A DNA stretch of 64,000 bases from Macrostomum lignano (taxonomy: Eukaryota), in contig NIVC01001711.1 of the NCBI GenBank assembly GCA_002269645.1, positions 124,001-188,000 of the forward strand. Reading direction: 5' to 3'. Below, piece by piece: positions 60,295 through 64,000 of this stretch (position 1 is its first letter; the number at the start of each line of letters is the position of its first letter). Below the pieces are notes generated by a model. It was not told the DNA's origin. It ran no database searches and worked only from the letters and a program-made list of their open reading frames with translations. Made by a program: the position numbers and the translations under genes.

Positions 60295-61152
60295 ATGGAA
60301 GCCATAGCCGAAAGACTGAACAACATTGTTTCACACTCTAAGGAGAGCATTCCAATCACTATAGCGGGTCGCATTACTGAGTCAAACGGAATCTTCATTC
60401 AAAAATTGGAGCAACCACTTCGTTTGGATCCCGAGGCGAATTACCACGTCTATCTCAACGATTTCACTGGGTGGTCAAATGTTCCCAATGTGACAGCGGA
60501 AAATAACAAGTTTTATTAAAAATGGAAGCGTACTACAACAGAGGTTGTGATATTTCCTGTCAGCACACAGAGCGTGGATACTTATAATTACTTCTTGGAG
60601 AACGTCTTCACTAAACGAAAGCATTTTGAGATACCGGATGAAAGCAAACCAGAAAATAAACTGTTCCCTGTTAGATTAACTTATGATCTAACTGTCATGA
60701 GAGTTGTCTTGCAAGTTCATAAGGACGCAGAGGTAGAGTTTAAAGATGGCACTTGGTATCGCGAGTTGGGATTTGAAAAGAGAGTTTATGGTGGCGCCAC
60801 AGACCAAAGCCCACCGCAGGCGCCTGGCACTGTTGCTGTGTCCCGGCTAATATCCGGTATGTACTTGGCGCCAAATATCGCTGACATTGTCAAAGGTTTG
60901 AATATATTAATTCGCAGCAATCTGAGCCATGATTGGATATTCAAGGGCAAACGAACCAACATACTTTTTAACATTTCAAACTCTGTTGCTAGTGGCAAAA
61001 TGCTTGTGCAAAAGCCAAACCCCGTGAAAAGAGTGATTCTGAGTAATAGAGAGATACATGAAATCGTTCTGCAGTTTGAAACAGAGGATGGAGTTGGTGT
61101 CGATTTTAACGGGGAAGAGTTTGTGCTAACAATTATTTTTGAGAGAATGTGA
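60295..61152 (+). pseudogene. Minor capsid (penton) gene with one in-frame stop (60517-60519)
   Basis: PLRLDP..Y.VYL..FTGWSNVPNV..ENNKF*KWKR...; the two ORF-track pieces share a frame; tail DGVGVDFNGEEFVLTI. Confidence 0.75.
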
Positions 61153-61213
61153 GTCGTCTTCAGACTTGTAAAATTACGATATAAGCCGCCAGGTACATCC
61201 TTGTAGTTGGCTA

Positions 61214-61453
61214 CTACAACTGCCTTATAACTTCAGCAAAGTTATAGTAGCTGTCGTAATCTTTTACGTAGGTTACTCCATACTTAAGAAGCCAGTGTCT
61301 TTGGAGAGCTAGATTAATATTAGGGACATTGATATCAACGCTGGGCCAATATTTTCTCATGTACTCGCTGCATTCTAGTTTGCATTGGTACTTACTCTTG
61401 TAATTAGGCTCGTGTGCTTTGTAATAAGAACCTGGAGAGACAACTGGAAACAT
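61214..61453 (-). CDS. Small hypothetical protein (MFPVVSPGSYYKAHEPNYK...), duplicated and frameshifted at ~61830-62074
   Basis: AAAAAATG start; second near-identical copy about 620 bp downstream. Confidence 0.4.
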   Translation of the reverse strand: MFPVVSPGSYYKAHEPNYKSKYQCKLECSEYMRKYWPSVDINVPNINLALQRHWLLKYGVTYVKDYDSYYNFAEVIRQL

Positions 61454-63334
61454 TTTTTTATTGAAAATTAATTTCTTTTCAAAGGGTAAGGACCCAGCGC
61501 TGATAATTTAAAGTCTTTGGGATCTGGTAGCACGTTGCGGATTGAATGTGGGGAGAAGAATGCAGATTGTTTTCTGATTGTTTTAGAGATGCTATGGGTG
61601 GATGTCAGTCTCAGTGAGCATAACAGGTGTCAGTGGACACCTGTTAAGCTCTGATTCTGTCAGGGATAATATGGATGGATTTAATGGGATTATGGAAGAG
61701 GTGAAAAATTTTGTCCCAGAAGCCCCCTCATGCATTCTACTGACTAAAGATGGGGTAGGTGTTGATTTCAACGGTGAAGAGTTTGTATTGACGTTAATCA
61801 TTGAGAGAATGTAAGAAATCACAATTGCTTAATGATTTCTGCAAAGTTATAATAGCTGTCGTAATCTTTTACGTAGGTTACTCCATACTTAAGAAGCCGG
61901 TGTCTTTGCATGGAGAGCTAGATTAATATTAGGGACATTGATATCAACGCCGGGCCAATATTTTCTCATGTATTCGCTGCATTTCTTCTTGCATCGGTAC
62001 TTACTCTTGTAATTAGGCTCGTGCGCTTTGTAATAAGAACCTGGAGAGACAACTGGAAACATTTTTATTGAGAATTTAATTTTTTTCAAAGGGTAAGGAC
62101 CCTGCGCTGATGATTTAAAGTCTTTGGGATCTGGTTTCGCGAATTGAATGTGGGGGAGAAGAATGCAGATTATTTTCTGATTGTTTCGAAGATGCTATGG
62201 GTGGATCTCAGTGGATTATGTAGGACACCTGTTATGCTCTGATTCTGTCGGGGATAATATGGATGGATTTAGGAGCAAGTGCGACCCCCCTTTTTTCTGA
62301 TTCTGTCGGGGATAATATGGATGGATTTAATGGGATTATGGAGGACGTGAAAAATTTTGTCCCAAAAGCCCCCTCATGCATTCTACTTAGTTCAGATTCA
62401 GCGCCAAATCAGGCCCAGTCCCACTCTTATATTGCCGACTGGGATCTATAGCGGGCGAGCCTATCTAACCATAATAAATAATCGATAACATAACAAATAA
62501 GTCTGAGTGCTACCGCTACAAAAACCGCCTCCGTTATTCGTCTTCGTCATTTGACCGTGTCGTCTTTAATCGTCACACAATGATCTGGTTGGAGTCAGAA
62601 TATTCTGAACCATGCCGAGCAAGTGTATTTGTAACTGATTTGAACTTTATCGATATTCTGACTCGAAATCTGATAGATATCAGTGAAACGCGCAGGTTAA
62701 GCCAGTTTATGGGGAAATAAAATATCAGCTCAATGTATAATGTATAAAAACTCAACACTGCAATTTCAGTACAACATTTCGAGCATCTTTCTGCATAGAA
62801 TTTATCAGCGTTCTAGTTAGAAAATATGCAATAAATTCACTCCGTGTTCGTTCCCTATCCGAATTTTTTTCGTTCCAACGTATTTCCCCGTCTCTCAGTT
62901 GGCTCTCTCCAAGCCCAGCTTCGTCCTGTTAGCCAGGTTTCTCTGCCGCTGGCTTTCCAAGCGCAGAGATGACGGCACTTTTTCAGGCCGTGGGTGATGC
63001 GGGTAAGTGCTGAGCAGGGTCAGCTTCTCCAGCAAAGAACCGATTCGAGTCAGCGCCTCTGACAGGTAGAGATCCAGGGGTGATAGCTGAGGCTGAGGTG
63101 GGGCGGCTTCCATGGACTGGTGTATCTGCAAGTTTTCAAAATGAATCAGACGAGTATATAGAGCGATCCAAATCTTTTTTTGCTTTCCATATGGTAATAT
63201 ATGTAAATATTCGAATCTTGTCGAGATTTTCTGCATAAGAGCTTAAGAGCTGTGCAAAGAATGAAATTTCAACCCGGCACTCAGAGTTTAATAATATTTA
63301 AAAAATGAATAGAGAAGCAAAAATCAACATTAAA

Positions 63335-63385
63335 TTAATTTAACGACGCGTTTCGCCCGATACTGTGCATCTTCAGGATATTTTG
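63335..63385 (-). ncRNA. Minimal hammerhead-ribozyme-like motif in the Penelope 3' region
   Basis: CUGAAGA-(15 nt)-GAAACGCGUC with palindromic ACGCGU stem III and GUC triplet; stem I weak. Confidence 0.5.
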
Positions 63386-63557
63386 AGCGAAAGAAACGAG
63401 TGAGATCGGAAGTAAATAAATACGAAGTTTTGGGGTGTAAATTTAATCAATATTTGACGTACATGTTTGTTGGTCCATAAGTCGAGAGGCAAAGTCCAGG
63501 GACGGATTGATAGCGATGTAGTTAAAATTGCAAAATGTACAACCAGTGCCCCCTCCC

Positions 63558-63890
63558 TCAGAACACACGGGGAACATGGCCCGCGCCACTGTGTTGGATT
63601 TGAGTGTTGAGGTTGGGGGAATGCGCTTTAATGTACAGCGCTTCAAGTATCTGCAGTTTGGAGTCAAATGAGCATTGATCAATGACTTTGAAGCGCTTCT
63701 CGGGTTTGCAGTTAGAGCAACTATTACACTCCAAGAGACGGTTCCGGACAGCCGAAAGTTTCAGCCAGTGTTCCCTGATTCTAGTGTGCAGGTGCCTTTT
63801 TGTCTTCCCCACGTAGGAGACGCTCTGGTCATCAGAGCAGTTGAACTGATAAACGACACCAGCACCACAGCTGAAACCGTCGGCTATCCA
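63558..63890 (-). mobile_element. Penelope-like element GIY-YIG endonuclease fragment, 5'-truncated
   Basis: GVVYQFNC...SYVGKTKRHLHTRIREH...LQILEALYIK...PNLNTQ. Confidence 0.88.
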
Positions 63891-63928
63891 AAACCATCTC
63901 CCAGAGTGCAATAGTTGCTCTAACTTGA

Positions 63929-63950
63929 CCCTAACCCTAACCCTAACCCT
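63929..63950. repeat. Interstitial telomeric repeat (CCCTAA)3CCCT
   Basis: Exact repeats; degenerate copies near 52340 and 52585. Confidence 0.7.
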
Positions 63951-64000
63951 ATTCATCTTACTTGCCAAGCGAGCAACTTTACCTAAGTATTCAAGAAATC

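Noticed and set aside
62895-63113. GC-rich 72-aa ORF (MEAAPPQPQLSPLDLYLSEAL...)
   Set aside because: No recognisable family or linked exons; cannot assign it to the host or to an element.
1-64000. Species assignment (style recalls the flatworm Macrostomum)
   Set aside because: Based only on recollection of similar RTE peptides and repeat-rich introns; needs a database search.

Overview
Eukaryotic, animal-type DNA (GT-AG introns, TTAGGG repeats) that is almost entirely mobile elements and tandem repeats. (1) 1-6.2 kb: the first five coding exons of CEP135/BLD10 on the minus strand, with minisatellite-filled introns; the gene continues off the left edge. (2) 8,364-25,770: a 17.4-kb foldback element with multi-kb inverted arms, CAC...GTG ends and a 7-bp TSD (Galileo/P-like), carrying Merlin and RTE debris in its spacer. 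(3) 27-30.7 kb and 59-62.4 kb: two divergent halves of a decayed Polinton/Maverick-type element (ATPase on the left; major and minor capsid on the right). (4) Between those halves, a 28-kb stack of head-to-tail non-autonomous Helitrons. (5) Inside one Helitron, a TIR-bounded 10.3-kb Maverick (37,901-48,204) with integrase, capsids, protease and ATPase but no DNA polymerase. Its left part encodes a Fic protein, a PC4-like protein and a TBP-fold domain that lacks its own ATG and is probably spliced to the upstream ORF. Most of its genes are preceded by a TATAAATA box. This element is the main candidate for an undescribed system. (6) 63.3-64 kb: a Penelope GIY-YIG fragment with a hammerhead-like motif next to telomeric repeats. 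All family assignments are by eye or motif recall; no searches were run.
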